In this document: positions 5,954 to 14,295 of the stretch, piece after piece
How the letters are laid out: each line of letters opens with the position of its first letter
How positions within the stretch are numbered: the stretch's first letter is position 1
Origin: a virus
Lineage: Duplodnaviria; Heunggongvirae; Uroviricota; Caudoviricetes
Direction: 5' to 3' (one strand)
DNA length: 19,778 bases
Virus record (IMG/VR): IMGVR_UViG_3300028988_000065
Span: 1-19,778 of that record
Position numbers and translations under genes: made by a program
Notes under the pieces: model-generated
Seen by the model: the letters and a program-made list of their open reading frames with translations, nothing else
Database searches by the model: none
What the model was told of the DNA's origin: nothing

Positions 5954-8023
5954 TTACTTACATTTATTATTTAAATAGACCCTTATGTACTGATCGAGCA
6001 GTTTACCTAATTGTTTATTAACTTCGTCATGTTTTTGCGGGCTTCTCATTTTTGACAGATGCCTTTCAAGGAACTTAGAGGGTAACTTCACAACTAATTT
6101 ATTATGATTATCATAAATTTCTTTTACCCACGTAAGCTCTTTATGTTTTTCTAAATTCTCTGTGTGATCTCTATTTATGATAAAAGCTATCCGCCCATAG
6201 TCTTTAAACAAATAGGAATTTACCTGTCTATATTCTGCAGCACCTAATGTTTTATAGTTTTTCACTTCAAAAACAACTTGCCGTGTCTGATAATCTGTCA
6301 GAATTCTCTTCCAAACTGGAGTGTCAGCTATATTTGTCGCTATAATATCTCTTTGCTGCAACCCATTTTTATTGGGATGCAACTCAATGTTCGTTAAATT
6401 CGTAGCAAATAGTAACTTTATAGTTTTGAGCGCCCATGCTTCAAAATCGACAGCACCTTCAGGTCCTTCAGGTATATTATGTAGTTCTTGGAGCAACGAA
6501 CCGATTCGTTGTTTCCTCTGCTCTTCGGAAACAGAGCTGACCTCAATATCATATTCATCATGAATATCATCAGCAGCATCGGGAGTCATCTCTGATTCAT
6601 GAACACTTAATGCTAGCCAGTAGCATGGATGCAATAGCAATTTTGAATCTGGTGTAAATTCTTTTTCAGGTTCCTTACCGTCATGGCAAAATACATATGA
6701 AGATGACTGCTGGTTATACAACCCAATAAATCCAACACTGTAAAGTCGTTGAATCACCTGGATTGGCCCTTCAAAAAGAAGTAAATCCTGCATTTTCATC
6801 TTGTCAATAACGCCATTGAGATCAAGGGCATATTGTATCTTAGATGACGCTTCAGAAACACTGTAGTAAGGTTTGCTATTAGCAAATTGCGATGTAAATA
6901 TATCTAATGCAGGAAATACATTCTCATATTCTTTTAACAAATCATTGAGTCTATTTTGTGAAATAGTATTCGCTGTTGCTTGAATGTCATCAATGACAAT
7001 ACGATTACGATCATGTGTGTTTGCTCGCAAGAATGCATTATTTAACAAAACCAAAATATCTCTTGGCCTATATAGAGTCAGTTTCAATGTTTCTTTAAAA
7101 CCGGTATTAGACTGTAATTCATTTGCGGTGTAAGCATTCCACACCCTCGTGTTGTTCTCAATGGTTGAGTTAAAAGCGACCCTCATTCTATTGCATACAA
7201 GATTAAACAAGTTATATTCATCCCAATGTAATCTCAGTACTTGCCCTTCAATATTTCGAGTAAAATCAGGGTCCATTTTTGATATGGCTCGATGAATATT
7301 ATCTCTAACAAATGCAAAGGCAATAACCTTTTCATTCATATTTTGTTTTATATCAATCACAGCCTGAATGAAACCATCAACTATTGCAACACCAAGATTA
7401 TCCGGTGTATAGCCTTCATCAAGCCTATCAGCAAAAATAACAAATTGATTATTTGACTTCGAAATTGCTTCTTCTATCACCTCTTCCAATAAGTCAAGTT
7501 CAAATTTATCGGATAATTCGGCTATTCTTGTAGCTGGTTTTATATTTTTGTTATCATCGAGAATAGCGTTCAATTTTTTTCTTATTTTGCTACTTATATT
7601 TTGTCTCTTCGGTCCCCAAGATAATAAATGCGACTCTACACTTTTGTAGTCAAGATCGTTTTTCATCTTGTAATGACTTGCGATCTCAGAAAGCAGCTCC
7701 ATATAAATAGCATATCGCCATGCTAACTTGCTACCGGCTTTTATATGTAAGTAATTTTCACCAAATAAAGAAATAACATCCCTTAATCCAATAATTTGTT
7801 CTTCAACCGGACTAATAGTCATCACATAGGTTTTTGGCTTAGCATGCCAATGTTTGGAAAGCATATGCACCAGAGCACTTTTTCCTGTTCCTCTGCGGCC
7901 AACAATGATGCATCGATCGTAGGATTCGAGAAGAGCTTTATAATCAGTTGTTTGCCAAAATGAAGCTTCCAACATCTTTTCGTCATGTTCAGCTCGGATA
8001 TCCCCAAGAATATTACCTTTCAT
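5954..8023 (-). CDS. Uncharacterised 689-aa P-loop NTPase (AAA+/Arch-ATPase-like) fused to a C-terminal PD-(D/E)xK / RecB-like nuclease-type domain; candidate defence protein
   Basis: Walker A IIVGRRGTGKSAL (aa 39-51). Walker B-like QFVIFADRLDE (aa 193-203). C-terminal motifs RD559II ... FE576VK578 ... Q600VNSY604 (D / ExK / QxxxY). AAGGA RBS 6 nt upstream of the ATG. Visibly AT-rich relative to the flanking prophage genes. Own terminator. Confidence 0.85.
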   Translation of the reverse strand: MKGNILGDIRAEHDEKMLEASFWQTTDYKALLESYDRCIIVGRRGTGKSALVHMLSKHWHAKPKTYVMTISPVEEQIIGLRDVISLFGENYLHIKAGSKLAWRYAIYMELLSEIASHYKMKNDLDYKSVESHLLSWGPKRQNISSKIRKKLNAILDDNKNIKPATRIAELSDKFELDLLEEVIEEAISKSNNQFVIFADRLDEGYTPDNLGVAIVDGFIQAVIDIKQNMNEKVIAFAFVRDNIHRAISKMDPDFTRNIEGQVLRLHWDEYNLFNLVCNRMRVAFNSTIENNTRVWNAYTANELQSNTGFKETLKLTLYRPRDILVLLNNAFLRANTHDRNRIVIDDIQATANTISQNRLNDLLKEYENVFPALDIFTSQFANSKPYYSVSEASSKIQYALDLNGVIDKMKMQDLLLFEGPIQVIQRLYSVGFIGLYNQQSSSYVFCHDGKEPEKEFTPDSKLLLHPCYWLALSVHESEMTPDAADDIHDEYDIEVSSVSEEQRKQRIGSLLQELHNIPEGPEGAVDFEAWALKTIKLLFATNLTNIELHPNKNGLQQRDIIATNIADTPVWKRILTDYQTRQVVFEVKNYKTLGAAEYRQVNSYLFKDYGRIAFIINRDHTENLEKHKELTWVKEIYDNHNKLVVKLPSKFLERHLSKMRSPQKHDEVNKQLGKLLDQYIRVYLNNKCK

Positions 8024-8075
8024 CCAGATTCCTTTTTAACCCATTGAGGTGACAGCACAAATAGTATCTTAACAC

Positions 8076-8091
8076 CTGATGATTTCATCAG
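8076..8091. promoter_or_regulatory. Perfect palindrome CTGATGA-TT-TCATCAG upstream of the NTPase-nuclease gene; candidate operator
   Basis: 7-bp inverted repeat with a 2-bp spacer, 53-68 bp upstream of the start codon at 8023, in a 253-bp AT-rich intergenic region. Confidence 0.25.
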
Positions 8092-8276
8092 AACCTGATA
8101 AATAGACGTGATATAAATATGACTAAGATCACATTTCATGAAAAAATTCGACGAGTTTATATTAACTGCAGCGAATACAAATCACCGCAGTTTTCATTAC
8201 CCCTATCTGAAGAACTCTGCACAACCGATCATATTGGTCACAACTGCAGCAGGATGACTCATATAATCAGGAGTAT

Positions 8277-9026
8277 TTATTTCTCCATACCTGCTGCAAT
8301 AACTTTATGGACAATATCCCAGTGCTTGTTCAGCTCCCGCAGCGCGGCGCAGACTCGCTCCCACTTCTGGACATGATTCTTCGCCCTACGCAGTTCGCGG
8401 TTTGCCATATGCAGCGATGGCAAAATCAAATCATCTTCTCGCGTTGCAGTAAACGATGGCAGCGACTGCACAATGTCCGCTACAGTTTCTGTTTTAATAT
8501 CTTCCTGTGTTGCATCTTTCTGTACCGGTAACGCAACACCTGCTGGCTGAGGAAAGGCTTTAAAATCAGTTTCCGTTACCGATGCAGCTTTCGGCTCTGC
8601 TGGTAAATTATCGCCCGGTATGCAGTAACGAAATTTACCGTTCTGGTTTACGCGAATCAGGCGTCCTTTGCTGATTGCCATTGCCAGCGTTGAAGCAACT
8701 TTGCGGGATGTTGTACCGAACAGCGTAGCCAGTTCATCCGCCGTTTGTGGTCCGCGTTGTTCAATCGTCGCGGTTAAATCGCACTCTGAGATTTTCACTA
8801 CAGTTGCCGTGGTGGTTTCTTCCGGCAGTTCTGCCTGCATTGGCTGTTCCTGCTGAACGTTGTTATCAGCCACACGCCAGGTGTACGCGCTTTTATCAAC
8901 GAAACCAGCTTTTTTCAGTTCCCATAGTTCGTTCAGCACTGCTTCACGACTGATATCAAGTCGCGCAGCAAGTTCTATGGATGTGGCTTTTCCCATTGCT
9001 TTCAGTGCGTCAAAAACAGTCTCCAT
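8277..9026 (-). CDS. ydaW: YdaW-like protein (DUF977 family), full length, 249 aa
   Basis: ATG at 9026 with GGGAGA RBS, 22 nt after the ydaV stop. Position matches ydaW of Rac, which in K-12 is a truncated pseudogene; here the frame is open for 249 codons. Confidence 0.7.
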   Translation of the reverse strand: METVFDALKAMGKATSIELAARLDISREAVLNELWELKKAGFVDKSAYTWRVADNNVQQEQPMQAELPEETTTATVVKISECDLTATIEQRGPQTADELATLFGTTSRKVASTLAMAISKGRLIRVNQNGKFRYCIPGDNLPAEPKAASVTETDFKAFPQPAGVALPVQKDATQEDIKTETVADIVQSLPSFTATREDDLILPSLHMANRELRRAKNHVQKWERVCAALRELNKHWDIVHKVIAAGMEK

Positions 9027-9048
9027 TAAATTTTTCTCCCGGTAAAAA

Positions 9049-9795
9049 TTACTTCGCAATTCCTGGCTGGACGACATTCGGACGCCAGCTCTCCCAGTTG
9101 AAATTCACCCATCGCCCGCCGTTCATGGTCATGCGATCCATAATCCGCTCGCCAAGCAATGTTTTCATGGCCTCATAGTTCAGGTTTGTCAGCATCCCCA
9201 CGCTGCGCATCGACGCTGTCCGGCGATCAACAATCTGGTGCAGTACCACCTGCTCGTTTTTCGTCTCGCGCTGAATGCCAATTTCATCAAGAACCAGCAG
9301 ATCCACTTCGCACAGTTCCCGCAAAAATTTTTCGCCTGACTGCCCGTCGTCATAGCTGGCGTGCAGGGCACTCATAACATCAGCCACGGTAACCACAATC
9401 ACTGTCTGACCGTCTTTCAGCAGGCGATTCCCGATAGCTGCCGCTAAGTGGTTCTTCCCGGTACCAGGTTTTCCGCTGAACGCAAAATTTGTACACCCGG
9501 TCATCAGTTCATCAGCGATGGATTTCGCCTGACTCAACGCGTATCGCTGCCCTTCGTTCTGCACCTGGTAATTCGAAAACGAGCATTTGCGGTGCAATGG
9601 CTGGATGCCAGAGCGATTCAGAATTTTTTCCACCCGCAACTGACGATTCTGACGGTTGATCTCCTCACAACGTTTCTGGCCTTCGGAAAGTTGCCACTCG
9701 CGCCACTCCGCTACCGTCTTGAATGGCGCGGTTACATGTGACGGGGCCAGTCTGCGGATACGTTCAAGAACATCGCCTGTCGCAATATTTTTCAT
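9049..9795 (-). CDS. ydaV: Replication protein, DnaC/lambda P-like helicase loader, 248 aa
   Basis: Walker [16 protein letters not shown] and Walker B LLVLDEIG. Matches Rac YdaV in sequence and length, from memory. Confidence 0.9.
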   Translation of the reverse strand: MKNIATGDVLERIRRLAPSHVTAPFKTVAEWREWQLSEGQKRCEEINRQNRQLRVEKILNRSGIQPLHRKCSFSNYQVQNEGQRYALSQAKSIADELMTGCTNFAFSGKPGTGKNHLAAAIGNRLLKDGQTVIVVTVADVMSALHASYDDGQSGEKFLRELCEVDLLVLDEIGIQRETKNEQVVLHQIVDRRTASMRSVGMLTNLNYEAMKTLLGERIMDRMTMNGGRWVNFNWESWRPNVVQPGIAK

Positions 9796-9801
9796 GGTCA
9801 G

Positions 9802-10659
9802 TTACCCCCTGAAGCCTGGCGGGATCGCACTATCCGGTAACGAGACGGTGTTAACCTGTCGGAGTAACGTCTCAGGTCGAACACCTTTCGGCGCGAACAA
9901 GCCCTGGTATTCATTGGCGATGCTGTGTCGAATCACCTGCTCAGGTGAAAAACCCTGCTGGCGGAATTTTTCCAGCTCCCGTATCGCCCCGTTAGCGCCC
10001 TGCTCCGTTCGAATCGGTTTTCGCAATGCCTGGCGAAATTCAACCCACTCACGCCAAAGCGAGACAGAAATCCAGTTCGGCAAAGTAATATCCAGAGGGT
10101 CAAACTTTTTGACACCTCGATTCCCCCGGGGGGGATTTAGGGGGGGATCTGTTTTTAGATCTTTATCTGTATCTTTATTAGTTGCCTTTGTGTTGACATC
10201 ATGTTCAAACACCACTTCAACATCTGTTTGAACACCTGTTAAATTTTTCTCTTGTTTTGTTTGAACATCTGCTTCCTTTCTGCTTCTTCTGGCCTGAACA
10301 GATGCTTTTCCTGCGGCTGATTTTTTGGTTAATTTTTCCCTGACTGATGCCAGATCTTCCTCAATCCGAAGATGCACCCATTCCTCGCCGTTATCGCAAA
10401 AAAACTCCTGCAAGGATGGTTCAACATCAGCCCATCGCTCGTTAGTCAGACGGGCAATTTTTGCCAGCCTGTTTTTAGGTATTGGCTTTCCTGTTTGCCA
10501 GTAATTGAACATCAGCAACAAATACGCACCATGCTCCTCTGCTGACAAATGCATGGTGTCAGCCAGGTAATCAGCTATGTACAGTTGCATGTATGGTAAT
10601 GCGGCCATAATTGCCCCGTATGATGCTGCCCGGTGGCTTAGAATAAGCACAAACAGCAT
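9802..10659 (-). CDS. ydaU: Replication initiation protein (lambda O-like, DUF1376), 285 aa
   Basis: Matches Rac YdaU (MLFVLILSHRAASYGAIMAALPYMQLYIADYL...), from memory; lies immediately upstream of ydaV in the same operon. Confidence 0.85.
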   Translation of the reverse strand: MLFVLILSHRAASYGAIMAALPYMQLYIADYLADTMHLSAEEHGAYLLLMFNYWQTGKPIPKNRLAKIARLTNERWADVEPSLQEFFCDNGEEWVHLRIEEDLASVREKLTKKSAAGKASVQARRSRKEADVQTKQEKNLTGVQTDVEVVFEHDVNTKATNKDTDKDLKTDPPLNPPRGNRGVKKFDPLDITLPNWISVSLWREWVEFRQALRKPIRTEQGANGAIRELEKFRQQGFSPEQVIRHSIANEYQGLFAPKGVRPETLLRQVNTVSLPDSAIPPGFRG

Positions 10660-10671
10660 GGAAACTTTTGC

Positions 10672-11094
10672 TTAATGAACAATGACAGAATCGTCGGAAG
10701 AACCGCCGCCGCTGAAATGCGCTTTCCGGTAAACGGCTTGGACTGCATCATCATGCGCATCAATTGCCGTACTTAACGCTTCCTGCGCCGCCAGTAATGC
10801 ACGGCGTTCCAGGGTATCGAAGATGCAGAGTCGGTGACGCAGCTCGCGCGGAAGGATTGCCAGAATTGCTGGGATCAGCTTCTGAATTTTTTCTCTTTGC
10901 GTTTTCGTTTCACCTTTCAACCAACGGTGATAGATATTCTGCTGATTGTTCCAGTCCTTGCCTGGAACCAGGGGCAATTCGCCGCCCCCCTGGCGCAGAT
11001 ATTCTTCAGTAATTGCATTGGCTACCCATGCCTGCCCTTTTTCGGCTGCTAGGGCAAACAACACTGATTCGATGTGCTCATGCTTGATTTTCAT
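10672..11094 (-). CDS. ydaT: YdaT, Rac early protein reported as toxic/cell-division inhibiting (CII position), 140 aa
   Basis: Matches Rac YdaT in sequence and length, from memory; second gene of the rightward early operon. Confidence 0.85.
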   Translation of the reverse strand: MKIKHEHIESVLFALAAEKGQAWVANAITEEYLRQGGGELPLVPGKDWNNQQNIYHRWLKGETKTQREKIQKLIPAILAILPRELRHRLCIFDTLERRALLAAQEALSTAIDAHDDAVQAVYRKAHFSGGGSSDDSVIVH

Positions 11095-11116
11095 GAATCA
11101 TTTGCCTCTTGATGTT

Positions 11117-11413
11117 TCAGGTATGATCAAATGAGGATTTGTTACTGTCATTTAGTTGCTTCACTGACATATTCTGCGAACAACATGCCGAACGTCGTAA
11201 ATATGACCAGTCAATATCAGGACGAAGTTCTTCGCACAGAACCTCACCTCTTGTTGCACGTTCAATTGCTGGACATCTCTCGGCAGGCAATTGACGTACC
11301 CCTTTGATCCATTGATTTACGCTTGGAGGTGATACACCTAAAAGCCTAGCCATTGCTGATTGCCCACCGACAACAGCACAAGCTTGCTTGAATGAATAGT
11401 TCTCTTTTTTCAT
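11117..11413 (-). CDS. ydaS: Cro-like HTH regulator YdaS, 98 aa
   Basis: HTH region QACAVVGGQSAMARLLGVSPPSVNQWIKG. Divergent from racR. Matches Rac YdaS, from memory. Confidence 0.9.
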   Translation of the reverse strand: MKKENYSFKQACAVVGGQSAMARLLGVSPPSVNQWIKGVRQLPAERCPAIERATRGEVLCEELRPDIDWSYLRRSACCSQNMSVKQLNDSNKSSFDHT

Positions 11414-11439
11414 CGAATGAACTCCAAAAACACACAGAA

Positions 11440-11469
11440 ATATTAGGCGACGCCTAACGCAATTGTCAA
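11440..11469 (-). promoter_or_regulatory. PR-like promoter for ydaS with embedded operator palindrome
   Basis: On the - strand: -35 TTGACA (plus 11464-11469), 18-bp spacer, -10 TAATAT (plus 11440-11445). The palindrome TTAGGCGaCGCCTAA (11443-11457) sits in the spacer. Further TTAGGC-type half-sites occur at 11478-11485 and 11503-11510. Confidence 0.55.
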
Positions 11470-11485
11470 TAGGCTGTGCCTAATG
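11462..11485. repeat. 24-bp repeat ATTGTCAATAGGCTGTGCCTAATG, left arm of an inverted repeat flanking racR (OR side)
   Basis: Its reverse complement recurs at 12108-12131 with a single mismatch. Confidence 0.8.
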
Positions 11486-11536
11486 CAGTAAGGGTAGGGA
11501 TTGCCTAATGTAATGCGCATAGGAGAATATTAAGCA

Positions 11537-12013
11537 ATGCTTAGTGGTAAAGACTTAGGCCGAGCGATAGAGCAGGCCATTAACAAAAAAATCGCATCGG
11601 GATCCGTCAAATCAAAGGCGGAGGTCGCACGCCACTTTAAAGTCCAACCACCATCAATTTATGACTGGATTAAGAAAGGCTCTATAAGTAAAGATAAACT
11701 TCCAGAATTATGGCGTTTCTTTTCTGATGTTGTTGGTCCAGAGCATTGGGGGCTTAACGAATACCCCATACCAACCCCCACCAATTCAGATACAAAAAGT
11801 GAACTTTTAGATATAAACAACCTTTATCAAGCAGCCTCTGATGAAATAAGAGCGATTGTAGCTTTCCTGTTATCTGGAAATGCTACAGAACCAGATTGGG
11901 TTGACCACGATGTTCGCGCCTACATAGCAGCGATGGAAATGAAAGTGGGTAAGTATCTGAAAGCTCTTGAATCTGAACGGAAAAGCCAGAACATCACAAA
12001 AACTGGAACTTAA
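11537..12013 (+). CDS. racR: Prophage repressor RacR (CI-like), 158 aa
   Basis: Matches RacR (MLSGKDLGRAIEQAINKKIASGSVKSKAEVARHFKVQPPSIYDWIKKG...), from memory; divergent from ydaS. Confidence 0.9.
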   Translation: MLSGKDLGRAIEQAINKKIASGSVKSKAEVARHFKVQPPSIYDWIKKGSISKDKLPELWRFFSDVVGPEHWGLNEYPIPTPTNSDTKSELLDINNLYQAASDEIRAIVAFLLSGNATEPDWVDHDVRAYIAAMEMKVGKYLKALESERKSQNITKTGT

Positions 12014-12107
12014 ACTTATATGGTCTGACGGAAAACTCCTGGATTCCGTTATTTAACCCCCCCATCACTTTCTGCTGTCGCCATCACCTATTAGGTTACG
12101 CTCAAAA

Positions 12108-12131
12108 CATTAGGCATAGCCTATTGACAAT
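12108..12131. repeat. Right arm of the racR-flanking inverted repeat (OL side)
   Basis: CATTAGGCATAGCCTATTGACAAT is the reverse complement of 11462-11485 with 1 mismatch. Extra TTAGGC half-sites lie at 12087-12095 and 12133-12143. Confidence 0.8.
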
Positions 12132-12152
12132 CAATTAGGCATTACCTATAGT
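12124..12152 (+). promoter_or_regulatory. PL-like promoter for the early-left operon (ydaG through intR)
   Basis: -35 TTGACA (12124-12129), 17-bp spacer, -10 TATAGT (12147-12152). Embedded in the operator repeat and oriented away from racR. Confidence 0.6.
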
Positions 12153-12321
12153 TCCAGCATACCACCCACCCCGCCCCACAGAACGCCGGGCAATACTTCG
12201 AGTTACCAGGCAGTGGTAAGGGGTTAAGTAGCCAGCCCGAGGCGTATGAACATGACGGCGGGATTCAAATTTTGCAGTGCAGCAGTTAGTTCCGCCACCC
12301 GGCGTTAAGGGGAGAGATAAG

Positions 12322-12456
12322 ATGGTGCATTACGAAGTAGTTCAGTATTTGATGGATTGTTGCGGTATCACTTACAACCAGGCTGTGCAGGCTTTACGCA
12401 GCAACGACTGGGATCTCTGGCAGGCAGAAGTCGCTATACGTAGCAACAAGATGTGA
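12322..12456 (+). CDS. ydaG: Small Rac protein YdaG, 44 aa
   Basis: ATG with GGGGAGAG RBS. Translation MVHYEVVQYLMDCCGITYNQAVQALRSNDWDLWQAEVAIRSNKM. Confidence 0.7.
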   Translation: MVHYEVVQYLMDCCGITYNQAVQALRSNDWDLWQAEVAIRSNKM

Positions 12457-12466
12457 GATTCGCAAA

Positions 12467-12622
12467 ATGCAAAAAATCGACCTCGGCAACAACGAATCCC
12501 TGGTGTGCGGCGTGTTCCCCAACCAGGATGGAACGTTCACTGCCATGACGTATACCAAAAGCAAAACATTTAAAACCGAAACTGGTGCGCGCCGATGGTT
12601 GGAGAAGCACACAGTAAGCTAA
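12467..12622 (+). CDS. ydaF: Small Rac protein YdaF, 51 aa
   Basis: Translation MQKIDLGNNESLVCGVFPNQDGTFTAMTYTKSKTFKTETGARRWLEKHTVS. Its stop overlaps the sieB stop on the other strand. Confidence 0.7.
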   Translation: MQKIDLGNNESLVCGVFPNQDGTFTAMTYTKSKTFKTETGARRWLEKHTVS

Positions 12623-13107
12623 CGATTAAAACGTCTACTCCTGCTGTTCCAGAATAACTTCATAAAATGGGAGTATTTTTCGGTGACGAGATAATAAGAA
12701 CAGTTTGCGCTATCACTCTGATGTTGAATGATGCCCTTCCGTTCTAATTTTTTCATAACCGGGTTACGGCAAGGAGAAGTGATAATAAGATTTCCTGTTT
12801 TAAGGAAATCTTTAAATACAGCGATTTCTTTCTCAGATAAACGAAGCAATACTCGTTGCTCTGGTAGTAATGAATAATGCTTTTGAATATGTGCTCGCAA
12901 TCTTGAGAAGGAAATGGCGACCACGAAAGAAAAGGAAAAAACGATAATCTGAAAGAGCCAAGGTATTTCAGTATAAGCATTGAATGCGACAGTAAACTCT
13001 TTCGGTATCAGCCAGAGAGTGAGACCAAAAATGATAATCGTATACATAAGTCTTTCGAGTGGCTCGTTAGCAAAAAGTTTCAACAATGGAGTAAATACAT
13101 CCAACAT
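12619..13107 (-). CDS. sieB: Superinfection exclusion protein SieB, 162 aa (membrane protein)
   Basis: Start taken at the MLDVF ATG (13107), matching the K-12 length as I recall it. Hydrophobic segments present. The track ORF runs further upstream to 13230. Confidence 0.8.
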   Translation of the reverse strand: MLDVFTPLLKLFANEPLERLMYTIIIFGLTLWLIPKEFTVAFNAYTEIPWLFQIIVFSFSFVVAISFSRLRAHIQKHYSLLPEQRVLLRLSEKEIAVFKDFLKTGNLIITSPCRNPVMKKLERKGIIQHQSDSANCSYYLVTEKYSHFMKLFWNSRSRRFNR

Positions 13108-13325
13108 ATCAATAACTCTCAACTGTAAGGGTATTGAAATGTTAACACAAGCTCTCGCTGTAGGGGTATAGCCGAGACCACCGAAGCCCGGAGGTGGTGA
13201 AATAAAACCGGGCACAACACGAAGGCGCATTTCCGATATCCATAAAGAGTCGGTCTTGTCTGTTAAATTTAAATGGTGGGAGTGCGCCTCCGGTTGTAAA
13301 TAACGACATTGCTGTGTGTAGTCCT

Positions 13326-13373
13326 GGCGGCATCAGTTTTTTTCTTGAAGTTCGGCTGATGTCCGCCCTTTTT
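13326..13373 (+). terminator. Candidate tL1-like intrinsic terminator/attenuator upstream of kilR
   Basis: GC-rich stem GGCGGCATCAG / CTGATG(T)CCGCC (11 bp with one bulge) around a 19-nt loop, followed by CTTTTT on the + strand. Confidence 0.35.
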
Positions 13374-13548
13374 AAAGTGAATTTTGTGATGCGGTGAATG
13401 CGGCTAAGCGCACGTGGCACAGTTAAAAGTCATGTTAGTCCTTATTGGTTTGGGTGGGAAAGCCGACTGTAATTGTTAACTGGTTGCAGTCACCTGGAGG
13501 CACCAGACACCGCATCAACAAAGTTCATTTGTAAAAATGGAGATAATT

Positions 13549-13770
13549 ATGATTGCACATCACTTCGGAACTGATGAAATACCACGTCAGTGTGTGACTC
13601 CTGGCGATTATGTTCTTCATGAAGGCCGGACATATATTGCCTCGGCAAACAATATTAAAAAGCGAAAACTATATATTCGTAACCTGACCACAAAAACATT
13701 CATTACTGACCGCATGATTAAAGTCTTCCTCGGTCGTGATGGTTTACCTGTAAAGGCGGAGTCATGGTGA
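13549..13770 (+). CDS. kilR: KilR, FtsZ-ring/cell-division inhibitor, 73 aa
   Basis: Translation [80 protein letters not shown]. Confidence 0.9.
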
Positions 13771-13940
13771 TGACTAAGAAAATAAAATGTGCTTACCACC
13801 TTTGCAAAAAAGACGTTGAAGAAAGCAAAGCTATTGAAAGAATGCTTCACTTCATGCACGGGATTTTATCAAAAGACGAACCGAGAAAATATTGCAGTGA
13901 AGCTTGTGCCGAAAAAGACCAGATGGCACATGAACTTTAA
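13770..13940 (+). CDS. ydaE: YdaE, small Cys-rich (Zn-binding type) protein, 56 aa
   Basis: ATG overlaps the kilR stop (TGATG). Translation [56 protein letters not shown]. Not in the ORF track because it is shorter than 60 aa. Confidence 0.8.
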   Translation: MTKKIKCAYHLCKKDVEESKAIERMLHFMHGILSKDEPRKYCSEACAEKDQMAHEL

Positions 13941-14014
13941 TTAATTGACTATTCGAAACTGAATTTATGCCAGAAATGGCAGGTATTCGCTCAACCTTAA
14001 TTAAGGAGAAAAAC

Positions 14015-14290
14015 ATGATTACCAATTATGAAGCCACTGTTGTAACTACCGATGACATTGTTCACGAGGTGAATCTGGAAGGAAAGCGCATTGGCTACGT
14101 AATTAAAACAGAAAATAAAGAAACCCCATTCACTGTGGTTGATATCGATGGTCCATCAGGCAACGTAAAAACACTTGATGAAGGTGTCAAAAAAATGTGC
14201 CTGGTGCATATCGGAAAGAATCTGCCCGCAGAAAAAAAAGCCGAATTTCTGGCAACTCTAATTGCAATGAAATTAAAAGGTGAAATCTGA
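14015..14290 (+). CDS. racC: RacC, 91 aa
   Basis: AGGAG RBS. Translation MITNYEATVVTTDDIVHEVNLEGKRIGYVIKTENKETPFTVVDIDGPSG... Confidence 0.85.
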   Translation: MITNYEATVVTTDDIVHEVNLEGKRIGYVIKTENKETPFTVVDIDGPSGNVKTLDEGVKKMCLVHIGKNLPAEKKAEFLATLIAMKLKGEI

Positions 14291-14295
14291 AAGAA

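Noticed and set aside
8119-8376. + strand ORF of 85 aa beginning in the leader of the NTPase-nuclease gene
   Set aside because: No Shine-Dalgarno sequence, and it runs about 100 nt antisense into the 3' end of ydaW. Likely spurious.
10121-10150. Homopolymeric C5G7 and G7 tracts, considered as possible slipped-strand phase-variation sites
   Set aside because: They lie inside ydaU and encode the NPPRGNRG segment of the known protein in frame, so they are ordinary coding sequence.
9656-10231. + strand ORF of 191 aa
   Set aside because: Entirely antisense to ydaU and ydaV, which are well supported by sequence identity to known proteins.
12394-12612. - strand ORF of 72 aa
   Set aside because: Overlaps the two small + strand genes ydaG and ydaF, which have RBSs and match known Rac proteins from memory.
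13108-13230. N-terminal extension of sieB to the ATG at 13230 (203-aa version)
   Set aside because: The 162-aa form starting at MLDVF matches the length of SieB as I recall it. The extension is Pro/Gly-rich and unlike the rest of the protein. The longer start is not excluded.
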